From NCBI GenBank assembly GCA_022797115.1, contig JAAWKB010000003.1, positions 3 to 64,002 on the forward strand: a DNA stretch of 64,000 nt, read 5' to 3'. Position 1 is the stretch's first letter. Every line of letters begins with the position of its first letter. This stretch comes from Oscillospiraceae bacterium (GTDB taxonomy: Bacteria > Bacillota > Clostridia > Oscillospirales > Oscillospiraceae). Below, piece by piece: positions 34,707-42,881 of this stretch. Under the pieces are notes generated by a model that saw only the letters and a program-made list of their open reading frames with translations, did not search any database and was not told where the DNA came from. The position numbers and the translations under genes are program-made.

Positions 34707-37700
34707 ATGCGTCGAAGGAAAAAAGAGGCACTAGGGGGGCGAATTTGGGCAGCATTGCTGACATTCGGTCTGACTGGGCAGATCGCGTGGGTGGTAGAGA
34801 ACATGTACTTTAATGTGTTCCTCTATAACACCATTGTCCGAGACACGGGCCTGATCGCTGATATGGTAGCGGCCAGCGCCGTGGTGGCCGCAGTCTCCAC
34901 CCTGGGGGCGGGGGCGATTTCAGACCGGATGGGGCGGCGCAAGCCCATCATTGTGACAGGCTACCTGCTGTGGGGTCTGAGCGTGATGGCCTTTGCCATA
35001 GTGAGTGTGGATGGCATGTCCCTTCTGATGGGCCCGGCGCGGGCCATCCATTCCGCCGCCGTAATGGTCATCGTGCTGGACTGCGTCATGACCCTCTTCG
35101 GCAGCTGCGCCAACGACGCGGCCTTTAACGCGTGGGTCACGGATGTGACGGACAGCGGCAACCGGGGAAGGGTGGAGGCTGTGCTGGCCACGATGCCCCT
35201 GGTGGCCATGCTGCTGGTGTTTGGTATGCTGGACGGCCTCACCGCCGCCGGGAACTGGAGCGCATTTTTCATCATCGTCGGCGGCCTGACCATGATGGCA
35301 GGGCTGCTGGGACGGTTTTTGCTCCAGGATACGGACGACTTCCGGCCCGCAGGGGGCGGTAAAATCCTCTACGGCCTGCGGCCCCATGTGGTGGTGGGCC
35401 ACCCGGCGCTGTACCTGTCCCTGCTGGCCCTGGCCGTCTACGCCGCCAGCCAGCAGGTCTATATGCCCTACCTGCTGATCTATATTCAGCAGTACCTGGG
35501 CGTGGACAACTACGCGCTGATCCTTGGCGTGGTGCTGGCCGCCTCCAGCATCGCCAGCGTGGCCTTTGGCCGGGTGATCGACAAGCAAGGGAAATTGCAG
35601 GTCGCCAAGCCCGCCGCCGTCGCGGCCGGCGGGGGGCTGATCGCCATGTTCCTTGCCCGCGGCACAGTGCCGGTCATCCTGGCGGGCACCCTCATGCTGG
35701 GGAGCAGCATGGTGCTCTCCGCCTGCCTTCAGGGCCTGATTCGGGATCATACGCCGGCAGACAAGGCCGGACAGTTCCAGGGAATCCGCGTCCTGTTCCA
35801 GGTGCTGCTGCCCATGGTGACAGGCCCCGCCATCGGCTCTGCTGTCATCGGCTATACCGGCCGGACCTACGACGAGCTGGGCGTTGTGAAGGAGGTCCCT
35901 ACGCCGGAGATCTTCATCGCCTCCGCCATGGTGCTGGCGTTGGTCGCCATTCCCCTGGCACTGCTGCGCATCCGGGAACCGGGCTACCGGCTGGCCCGGC
36001 GCTCCCTGCGGCCGATGCTCACCCCCTGGGGCGAAGCCCTGGACCGGGAGAACCCCCTGCCGGAGTACCCCCGGCCCCAGCTGCGGCGGGAGAAGTGGAT
36101 GAACCTGAATGGCCGCTGGCGGTACGCCATCCGCCACGACGGCGGCGCGCCGGATATCTACGACGGGGAAATTATCGTGCCCTTTTCCCCGGAGAGCCTT
36201 CTCTCCGGGGTGTCCCGGCAGGTGATGCCGGGGGACAAGCTGTGGTACCGGCGCACATTCACCCTGCCGCCAGACTTCCAGGACGGACGGGTGCTGCTCC
36301 ATTTCGGGGCAGTGGATCAGAGCTGTCAGGTGTTCGTCAACGGTGAGCTGGCAGGGGAGCACGAGGGCGGCTATCTGCCCTTCACCTGCGAGATCACCGA
36401 CAGCCTGACCGGCGGGGAGAATACGCTGACTGTCGCCGTCACCGACAGCACCTCCCAGTCCCGCCACGCCTATGGCAAGCAGAGCTTCCGCCCCGGCGGC
36501 ATCTGGTATACCCCGCAGAGCGGGATCTGGCAGACGGTGTGGCTGGAGCCGGTCCCCCAAAACCATATAGAAGATCTTGTTTTGACGCCGGACTTTGACC
36601 GGCGGCGGGTCCGGTGGGCTATCCAGGCGGACAGCCCCGGCGGCGCAGCCGTCGAGGTGCGCTGCGGTGGCGAGGTGATTGCGGAGGGCCGGACGGAGGC
36701 GGACGGCACCGGCTGGGCCGCCATCCCGGACGAACATTTCCGGCCCTGGAGCCCCAGCGACCCGTTCCTCTACGATGTGACGGTGACGCTGGCGGACGGC
36801 GACCGGGTGGAGAGCTATTTCGCCATGCGTTCCTTTGGCGTAACCACGATCAAAAAGCGCAGGGTGCTGTCCCTGAATGGCAAGCCTATTTTCATGAGCG
36901 GCGTGCTGGACCAGGGCTATTGGAGCGACGGGCTGTACACGCCGCCCGCAGACGAGGCTATGGTCTACGACATCCAGACGATGAAGGACTGCGGGTTCAA
37001 CATGCTGCGCAAGCACATCAAAATTGAGCCGCTGCGCTGGTACTACCACTGCGACCGGCTGGGGATGATCGTCTGGCAGGACCTGGTCAGCGGGGGCAGC
37101 CGCCTCGATCCCCTCGTCATCCAGGTGCTGCCCTTTCTGAACATCCACCTGCGCGACAGCAGCTACCGGCGCTTTGGCCGGGAGGCTGAGGCCAGCCGGG
37201 ACCAGTACGTCCAGGATCTCTATGATACGGTGAAGCTGCTGCGCAGCACGCCGTCGCTGGCGGTATGGGTACCGTTCAACGAGGGGTGGGGGCAGTTCGA
37301 CAGCCTGCAAATGGCGCAGCTTCTGCGGGAGCTGGACCCCACGCGGCTGGTGGACCATGCCAGCGGCTGGCATGACCAGGGGGGCGGCGACTTCAAGAGC
37401 AGGCATGTCTATTTCCGGCCGGTCCGGCTGCGCCGCGACAAAAAGCGGGTACTGGCCCTCACGGAGTTTGGCGGGTACAGCCTGCCTGTGGCGGGGCACG
37501 TATCCAGCGAAAAAAAGTTTGGCTACCGCATGTACGAAACGGAGGATGAGCTGCTGGAGGCGGTAGAGCGGCTGTACCTGGGGGAGGTGGCCCCCTGCGT
37601 CAAGCGGCAGGGGCTTTCCGCCGCGGTATACACGCAGCTGAGCGACGTAGAGGACGAGGTGAATGGAATCCTCACCTATGACCGGCGGGTGCTCAAGGTG

Positions 37701-37745
37701 GAGCCCTCGCGTCTGCGGGCGATTCATAGGGAGCTGCGGTTCTGA
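34707..37745 (+). CDS. fusion protein: MFS (GPH-like) sugar transporter joined to a glycoside hydrolase family 2 enzyme
   Basis: Single uninterrupted ORF (34596..37745). Start set at MRRRKKEALGG (ATG 34707 behind aaaggagga). Residues ~1-440: 12-TM MFS with DRMGRRKP. Residues ~450-1012: GH2 sugar-binding, Ig-like and TIM domains with WVPFNEGWGQ (acid/base Glu) and LTEFGGYS (nucleophile Glu). Confidence 0.8.
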   Translation: MRRRKKEALGGRIWAALLTFGLTGQIAWVVENMYFNVFLYNTIVRDTGLIADMVAASAVVAAVSTLGAGAISDRMGRRKPIIVTGYLLWGLSVMAFAIVSVDGMSLLMGPARAIHSAAVMVIVLDCVMTLFGSCANDAAFNAWVTDVTDSGNRGRVEAVLATMPLVAMLLVFGMLDGLTAAGNWSAFFIIVGGLTMMAGLLGRFLLQDTDDFRPAGGGKILYGLRPHVVVGHPALYLSLLALAVYAASQQVYMPYLLIYIQQYLGVDNYALILGVVLAASSIASVAFGRVIDKQGKLQVAKPAAVAAGGGLIAMFLARGTVPVILAGTLMLGSSMVLSACLQGLIRDHTPADKAGQFQGIRVLFQVLLPMVTGPAIGSAVIGYTGRTYDELGVVKEVPTPEIFIASAMVLALVAIPLALLRIREPGYRLARRSLRPMLTPWGEALDRENPLPEYPRPQLRREKWMNLNGRWRYAIRHDGGAPDIYDGEIIVPFSPESLLSGVSRQVMPGDKLWYRRTFTLPPDFQDGRVLLHFGAVDQSCQVFVNGELAGEHEGGYLPFTCEITDSLTGGENTLTVAVTDSTSQSRHAYGKQSFRPGGIWYTPQSGIWQTVWLEPVPQNHIEDLVLTPDFDRRRVRWAIQADSPGGAAVEVRCGGEVIAEGRTEADGTGWAAIPDEHFRPWSPSDPFLYDVTVTLADGDRVESYFAMRSFGVTTIKKRRVLSLNGKPIFMSGVLDQGYWSDGLYTPPADEAMVYDIQTMKDCGFNMLRKHIKIEPLRWYYHCDRLGMIVWQDLVSGGSRLDPLVIQVLPFLNIHLRDSSYRRFGREAEASRDQYVQDLYDTVKLLRSTPSLAVWVPFNEGWGQFDSLQMAQLLRELDPTRLVDHASGWHDQGGGDFKSRHVYFRPVRLRRDKKRVLALTEFGGYSLPVAGHVSSEKKFGYRMYETEDELLEAVERLYLGEVAPCVKRQGLSAAVYTQLSDVEDEVNGILTYDRRVLKVEPSRLRAIHRELRF

Positions 37746-37763
37746 CTGTATGCCCCGAGGGTG

Positions 37764-38279
37764 CGCGATTCCTTTTTGTGCGAACAAAAAGGAACCAAAA
37801 AGTCGCTGGACCCATGGTCCAGACCCCTTATTTTATTACAGGGGCGTTTTGTTACGCTACGATTCGCAGGGACTGCCTGTCCTGCGCGGGTTCCCTGGGC
37901 CGGTGCCGGGCGAAGCGCCTGCGCGCCTTCATCGAAACTGCGCCCTTTGGGTGCTGTTTGTGTACCCATTGGCTTCTGATTTGTCAGATTGTGTTCCGTT
38001 TCGGTGCAGATTCGGTGCCGTGCATTACGATTTCCACCGAACAACCCCGTGCCACCGTCAGGGGGAGTGCCCCTTGCAGGGCACTCCCCCTTTAACAGGG
38101 CGGTAGCCGGAGTCCTTCACGTACCAAGGCGGCAGAAGAAGTACCTGCCATTCAGTGGCACCTAATCCATCAAAATCCCCTCCCAATGTCCGTGGAATCC
38201 CCCGTAAAGGGGGTCTGGGGGAACCCCAGCGGCTTTTTGGTTCCTTTTTGTCCGCACAAAAAGGAACCGCGGGGTACGG
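37764..38279. mobile_element. MITE-like non-autonomous element with ~40-bp terminal inverted repeats
   Basis: Arms 37771-37809 and 38226-38264 match 37/39 as inverted repeats. GGGTG flanks both sides (37759-37763 and 38280-38284). An uninterrupted paralogous site lies at 39029-39054. The interior has no credible ORF. Ends uncertain by about 10 nt. Confidence 0.65.
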
Positions 38280-38326
38280 GGGTGCGCAGTCCCCGGGGCT
38301 AATTTATGAAACATGTCATACGTTTG

Positions 38327-38361
38327 AACCGTCTCAAGGCTTTCGCCTTGGGGTGGTTTTT
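38327..38361 (+). terminator. rho-independent terminator (unit 1 copy)
   Basis: aaccgtctcaagg/ctttcg/ccttggggtggtt followed by ttt; paralogue at 39083-39116. Confidence 0.6.
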
Positions 38362-38401
38362 ATTTATAGGTCGATATCACCCTAATATAAATATGCCAAT
38401 T

Positions 38402-38410
38402 TGCTATAAT
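38402..38410 (+). promoter_or_regulatory. extended -10 promoter element upstream of XRE-a
   Basis: TGcTATAAT, 17 nt upstream of ATG 38427. Confidence 0.45.
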
Positions 38411-38426
38411 CAGATCAGGTGATGAT

Positions 38427-38647
38427 ATGAGTAGATTACGGGAATTGCGCAAACAGCGTGGGTATACGCAAATTAAAATGCAGATGATGACCGGTATTGA
38501 CCAAAGTGATTACTCTAAATTGGAAACGGGAAAGCGGTACTATACCTATGAGCAACTGAAACGCATTGCCTTGCATTGGACACAAGTATGGACTATCTCG
38601 CCGGATTGACAGATGATAAACGACCGTATCCCAGGAAAAAAGAGTGA
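38427..38647 (+). pseudogene. small XRE-family HTH gene (XRE-a), apparently frameshifted near 38576
   Basis: Annotated frame stops at 38609 (60 aa). The +1 frame continues ...LDTSMDYLAGLTDDKRPYPRKKE* to 38647, matching the conserved tail (DYIL.LTD..KPYP.K) of XRE-b and XRE-c. Consistent with a 1-nt deletion in ttgcattgg. Confidence 0.6.
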
Positions 38648-38688
38648 AATTGTTCCTAAAATTTTATATTTCTGAGGTGATGGATGTG

Positions 38689-38916
38689 ATGGAGCAATTG
38701 CGAGGGTTACGTGAAGACAGGGATTTATCACAAAAAGATGTCGCGGATATGCTGAACGTGTCACAATCAACTTATTCTGATTATGAACATGAAAAATTGA
38801 ATATTCCAATTGCATCATTGCGAAAACTATCGGAATATTTCAACACAAGTGTTGATTATATTTTGGGGCTGACAGATGATTCAAAACCATACCCCAAAAG
38901 GAAAAATAGGGGATGA
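38689..38916 (+). CDS. small XRE-family HTH regulator (XRE-b, 75 aa)
   Basis: ORF 38644..38916. Start set at MEQLRGLREDRDLSQKDVADML (ATG 38689 behind tgaggtga). Confidence 0.8.
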   Translation: MEQLRGLREDRDLSQKDVADMLNVSQSTYSDYEHEKLNIPIASLRKLSEYFNTSVDYILGLTDDSKPYPKRKNRG

Positions 38917-38920
38917 GGTT

Positions 38921-39021
38921 GTGAAAATACTCTCTGATCTCTTTTTCCCGCCCAAATGCGCTTTCTGCTCAAGATGGAGCCCTCGCGTCTGCGGGTGATT
39001 CATAGGGGGCTGCGGTTCTGA
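38921..39021 (+). repeat. duplication junction: comF 5' fragment fused to a GH2 3' fragment
   Basis: 38921-38968 matches comF 39426-39482 (one 9-nt indel). 38969-39021 matches 37693-37745 including the TGA (3 mismatches in 53). The join lies at a shared tgc. Confidence 0.8.
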
Positions 39022-39082
39022 GCGGTTGGCCCCAGGGGTGGGCAGTCCCCGGGGCCAATTTATGAAACAGGTCATACGTTTG

Positions 39083-39116
39083 AACCGACTCAAGGTTTTT
39101 GCCTTGGGTCGGTTTT
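39083..39116 (+). terminator. rho-independent terminator (unit 2 copy)
   Basis: aaccgactcaagg/tttttg/ccttgggtcggtt followed by tt. Confidence 0.6.
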
Positions 39117-39190
39117 AGTATGTAAGGAAAAACGCATTAGAAATAAATATGGGTAATTCCCTTATCGCATACTGTCATTGAGGTGATTCG

Positions 39191-39421
39191 ATGATGGAAC
39201 GGCTACGCGCAATGCGTGAAGATAAGGATTTATCACAGCAAGATTTGGCGGATGTGTTGAAAATACATCAAACTACCTATTCCGACTACGAACGAGGAAG
39301 ATCAAATATTCCCATACCAGCATTGATAAAATTGGCAACTTTTTATGAGACAAGTATAGATTATATTTTAGAGCTAACAGACGAACCTAAACCATACCCG
39401 AGAAAAAAGAAACGGAGATAA
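39191..39421 (+). CDS. small XRE-family HTH regulator (XRE-c, 76 aa)
   Basis: MMERLRAMREDKDLSQQDLADVLKIHQTTYSDYERG...; RBS gaggtga; stop lies 4 nt before the comF GTG. Confidence 0.85.
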   Translation: MMERLRAMREDKDLSQQDLADVLKIHQTTYSDYERGRSNIPIPALIKLATFYETSIDYILELTDEPKPYPRKKKRR

Positions 39422-39425
39422 GGCC

Positions 39426-40142
39426 GTGAAAATATCCTCTTATCTCCTTGATCTCTTTTTCCCGCCCAAATGCGCTTTCTGCGGAAAGCTGATGGACACC
39501 GCTGGCGACGGCGTGTGCCCCTCCTGCGCCGCCGCCCTCCCGGCCAGGGAGGACGAAAACGCCCTTCTTCTCATCGGGGAGAAGCTCTACCCCTGCGCGG
39601 TGGCGTTCTACTACGAGAGCCCCGTGAAGGAGGGCGTCCACGCCCTCAAATTCGGCGGGAAACCCTGGCGCGCCAGGATCTTTGCCCGCTATATCGTCCA
39701 GACGGCGGCTGAACAGCTCTCCGGCCGGTTCGACGCCGTAACCTATGTCCCCGTCAGCCCACAGCGGAATTTCCGCCGCGGCTATGACCAGGCCCGCCTC
39801 TTGGCCCAGGCCGCAGGCCGGGCTTGGGGCGTCCCGGCAGAGACTACCCTGCGCAAGATCCGCCATAACCGCGCGCAGTCCTCCCTGAAGGACCCCGGCC
39901 AGCGGAAACAGAACGTCAAACACGCCTATGCCGTCCCCCATCCCGGACGGGTGGCGGGCCGCCGTTTCCTTCTCATTGATGACGTCGCCACCACCGGCAG
40001 CACCCTCTCCGCCTGCGCGGACGCGCTGCTGTCCGCAGGTGCAGCCGGCGTGGTTTGCGCCGCTCTGGCGGGGGGCCGCCGCGCCGCGCCTCCATGCGGC
40101 GCAGGAAAAGATTGCCAGGTGGAGAAATTCCTGGAAAATTAA
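39426..40142 (+). CDS. comFC: ComF-family protein (ComFC-like phosphoribosyltransferase fold)
   Basis: GTG start. N-terminal zinc-finger cysteines PPKCAFCG...GVCPSC; C-terminal PRTase motif FLLIDDVATTGSTL. Confidence 0.85.
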   Translation: MKISSYLLDLFFPPKCAFCGKLMDTAGDGVCPSCAAALPAREDENALLLIGEKLYPCAVAFYYESPVKEGVHALKFGGKPWRARIFARYIVQTAAEQLSGRFDAVTYVPVSPQRNFRRGYDQARLLAQAAGRAWGVPAETTLRKIRHNRAQSSLKDPGQRKQNVKHAYAVPHPGRVAGRRFLLIDDVATTGSTLSACADALLSAGAAGVVCAALAGGRRAAPPCGAGKDCQVEKFLEN

Positions 40143-40258
40143 CAAAGAAAGTCGCTGCAATCGCTTGCAAAAATTGGACGGGCTTAGTATAATGGGTTTT
40201 TAGAGTACAAGCAAATATTTTGCTAAGAATAGAATTGACAACTGACGAGGTGGAAAGT

Positions 40259-41287
40259 ATGTGCGCTATTGCAAAAGATATCGGCATTGATTTAGGTACG
40301 GCCTCCGTACTGGTATATGTAAAAAACAAGGGCATTGTCCTCAATGAGCCCTCCGTTGTGGCGATGGACAAAAACACCGGCAAGCTGCTCAAGGTGGGCG
40401 AGGAGGCCCGCCAGATGCTCGGCCGCACCCCTGGCAACATCGTTGCGATCCGCCCCCTGCGGGAGGGCGTGATCTCCGACTATGATATGACCGAACGGAT
40501 GCTCAAGGAGTTCATCCGCAAGGTGGCCGGGTTCATGGTCTTTAAACCCCGGGTCATCATCTGCGTCCCCTCCGGAATCACGGAGGTGGAGGAGCGCGCC
40601 GTGGTGGACGCGGGCATCCAGTCCGGCTGCCGCCGGGTTTACCTGATTGAGGAACCCATTGCCGCCGCCATCGGCGCGGGCATCGACATCATGAAGCCCG
40701 ACGGCCACATGGTGGTGGACATCGGCGGCGGCACTGCGGACATCGCCGTCATCTCCCTGGGCGGCGTGGTGGAGTCCGCCTCCATCAAGGTGGCCGGGGA
40801 CCAGTTCAACGAGGCTGTTGTGAAATATATGCGCCGCAAGCATGAGATCCTGGTGGGCGACAGCACGGCGGAGAAAATGAAAATTGCCATTGGCTGCGTC
40901 CATCCCCGGGAGGAAGAAGCTTTCATGGACGTGAAAGGCCGCTGCCTGCGCACCGGCCTGCCGAAGACAATCACCGTTTCCTCCAATGAGATGATGGAGG
41001 CATTTAAGGAGCCTGCGGAGCAGATTCTGGAGAGCATCCACGCCGTATTGGAGCGGACGCCCCCGGAGCTGGTGGCCGACGTGTCCACCAACGGCATTAT
41101 GATGACCGGCGGCGGCAGCCTGGTCTATGGCTTTGACAAGCTGATCTATTCCCGCACCGGCATTTTCACTACCGTGGCGGAAAACGCCATCGCCTGCGTG
41201 GCCGAGGGCACCGGCCGGAGCTTGGATATGATTACCGACATGCAGGAGGGCACCATTAACCTCTCCCGCCGCAGGCAGGTCAACTGA
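40259..41287 (+). CDS. mreB: rod shape-determining actin homologue MreB/Mbl
   Basis: ORF 40220..41287. ATG 40259 behind gaggtgga. DIGIDLGTASVLVY, VDIGGGTADIAVISLGG, GIMMTGGGSL. Confidence 0.92.
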   Translation: MCAIAKDIGIDLGTASVLVYVKNKGIVLNEPSVVAMDKNTGKLLKVGEEARQMLGRTPGNIVAIRPLREGVISDYDMTERMLKEFIRKVAGFMVFKPRVIICVPSGITEVEERAVVDAGIQSGCRRVYLIEEPIAAAIGAGIDIMKPDGHMVVDIGGGTADIAVISLGGVVESASIKVAGDQFNEAVVKYMRRKHEILVGDSTAEKMKIAIGCVHPREEEAFMDVKGRCLRTGLPKTITVSSNEMMEAFKEPAEQILESIHAVLERTPPELVADVSTNGIMMTGGGSLVYGFDKLIYSRTGIFTTVAENAIACVAEGTGRSLDMITDMQEGTINLSRRRQVN

Positions 41288-41450
41288 GCCGCCTGCGCGC
41301 CGGGAATTCCCGGGATTTCGCCCGGTTATGTGGTTTTTCACAAAAATAGGATTTTCTCTTGCAAAAGGGTCTGAAATCTGATAGAATAGTTCAGCGTCAT
41401 GCCGTAAGGCAAATTTACACGTGATTTTATCCGTTCGGAGGTTTCGATAA

Positions 41451-42230
41451 ATGGCTAAAAAACCAATCAGTCAGAAGCGTGCAGAGAAGGAAGAACTGGA
41501 AAATAAGGCGCTGCACCGGGTATTTAACGTGTTCCTGCTGGGGCTGGCGGCGGAGTGCTACCTCTTCCTGGTTTACCGCGGATACGCAGCCGGTACCATT
41601 GACTCCATGCTGGTCTGGCATCAGATCCTCACCTGGGGGATGTATGCGGGCCTTGTCATGCTGGTGGCCGGCGCGGCGGTGGCGTTTGCCAAGCGGCAGG
41701 ACGCAAGGCTGCGTACAGGGATGCTCTGGTTAGGCGGGATCGGCCTGTTTCTGGCACTGTCCGGCTGGGTTGTGACATTCTTCTTTGACAACAACCGTGG
41801 CATCACTACGATGTGTATCCTGGTGCCGATTTTGGTGGTGCTGGCCCTGATCTTCTTCCTGTTCCAGCCGGAGTGTTTCCTGAGCACGTTGGTGCTCAGC
41901 TGCGCGATGTTCACCGTATGGCTGCGGGGCGCGTCGGCGGGCTCATCCCGCATGGGCGCAGCAGTGATTGTTGGCGCGGTGCTGGGTGCGGTCCTCTTGG
42001 CCGCTGCGGCTGCGCTGACCCGCAAGGCCCAGGGGGATGAGGGCAAGCTGAAGGGATTCCAGGTCTTCTCTCTGGAGTGTGACTACCGCATCATTTACGC
42101 CGCTCTTGGCGCTGCTTTCGTGTGCGTCGTACTGACGCTGGCCCTGCCGTCCATCGCCTATTACCTGCTGTGGATGCTGGGGATCCTGCTCTTTGGCGAG
42201 CTGGTGTACTACACCACAAAGCTGATGTAA
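41451..42230 (+). CDS. hypothetical polytopic membrane protein
   Basis: RBS ggaggt; charged N-terminus followed by about 7 hydrophobic helices; no family recognised. Confidence 0.6.
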   Translation: MAKKPISQKRAEKEELENKALHRVFNVFLLGLAAECYLFLVYRGYAAGTIDSMLVWHQILTWGMYAGLVMLVAGAAVAFAKRQDARLRTGMLWLGGIGLFLALSGWVVTFFFDNNRGITTMCILVPILVVLALIFFLFQPECFLSTLVLSCAMFTVWLRGASAGSSRMGAAVIVGAVLGAVLLAAAAALTRKAQGDEGKLKGFQVFSLECDYRIIYAALGAAFVCVVLTLALPSIAYYLLWMLGILLFGELVYYTTKLM

Positions 42231-42366
42231 GCTTGCGATCAAGAGATGCGCGGTCCGAGATACAATGAAAGGGCAAGACAATCCGTTTAGGTTTGCCTTG
42301 CCCCTTTTACGTTTCGTATGGAAGTGAACGAACCGATAAACCGGAACGATAGAAAGGCGGGAAACT

Positions 42367-42735
42367 ATGGATATATATCAATTTTGGGAAGATATTTTGG
42401 AACAACGGGCTGATCGGATCAGAGGTTACTTTGCCAAGGACGCATACATAAACTGGCACTGCACAAATGAACATTTTAATGTAGATGAGTTTATTATTGC
42501 AAATTGTGAATATCCCGGCAGCTGGGATGGTGTGGTGGAAAGAGTGGAACAGGTGAACAATTTATTCATCACCGTAACCCATGTATATCCCAAAAACCGG
42601 ACGCTATCATTTCATGTGACATCATTTATTCAGGTGATTGACGGCAAAATTGCAGCAGTTGATGAATATTGGGCGGATGATGGCACTGCGCCGGACTGGA
42701 GATTGAATAAACAGATTGGGAGGGCTATCAAATAA
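42367..42735 (+). CDS. NTF2-like / SnoaL-like small protein (hypothetical)
   Basis: 122 aa, visibly AT-richer than its neighbours; pattern resembles the nuclear transport factor 2 fold family. Assignment is weak. Confidence 0.5.
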   Translation: MDIYQFWEDILEQRADRIRGYFAKDAYINWHCTNEHFNVDEFIIANCEYPGSWDGVVERVEQVNNLFITVTHVYPKNRTLSFHVTSFIQVIDGKIAAVDEYWADDGTAPDWRLNKQIGRAIK

Positions 42736-42744
42736 CCTCCACTT

Positions 42745-42780
42745 TATTACTTCCGAACTGAAAGGCCGGAAGTAATATTT
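42745..42780 (+). terminator. hairpin terminator after the NTF2-like gene
   Basis: tattacttccg/11-nt loop/cggaagtaata followed by ttt. Confidence 0.55.
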
Positions 42781-42881
42781 GCCATGTTTTGCGGTTGCCG
42801 CCTGTGGCAGCGAGCAAAAGGGCTTAAATCAAATGTATTATTCCGAATTTTTAATTCGGAAATAATATCTCTCATCTTTCT

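Noticed and set aside
37778-38095. Small ORFs inside the MITE-like element (37778..38095 +, 37663..38106 +, 37724..38044 -)
   Set aside because: They overlap each other in different frames, have no RBS and give low-complexity products. They cross hairpin-dense sequence. Nothing suggests a transposase.
38921-38998. 25-codon chimeric ORF (VKILSDLFFPPKCAFCSRWSPRVCG*) at the duplication junction
   Set aside because: It is a fusion of a comF 5' fragment with an out-of-frame GH2 3' fragment. It is most simply a by-product of the duplication, not a gene.
38380-39425. CRISPR-like or integron-like array interpretation of the repeated XRE region
   Set aside because: The repeat units are about 0.5 kb gene-containing segments, not 25-40-nt direct repeats with spacers. 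There are no cas genes, no integrase and no attC-like sites flanking each cassette that I can recognise.
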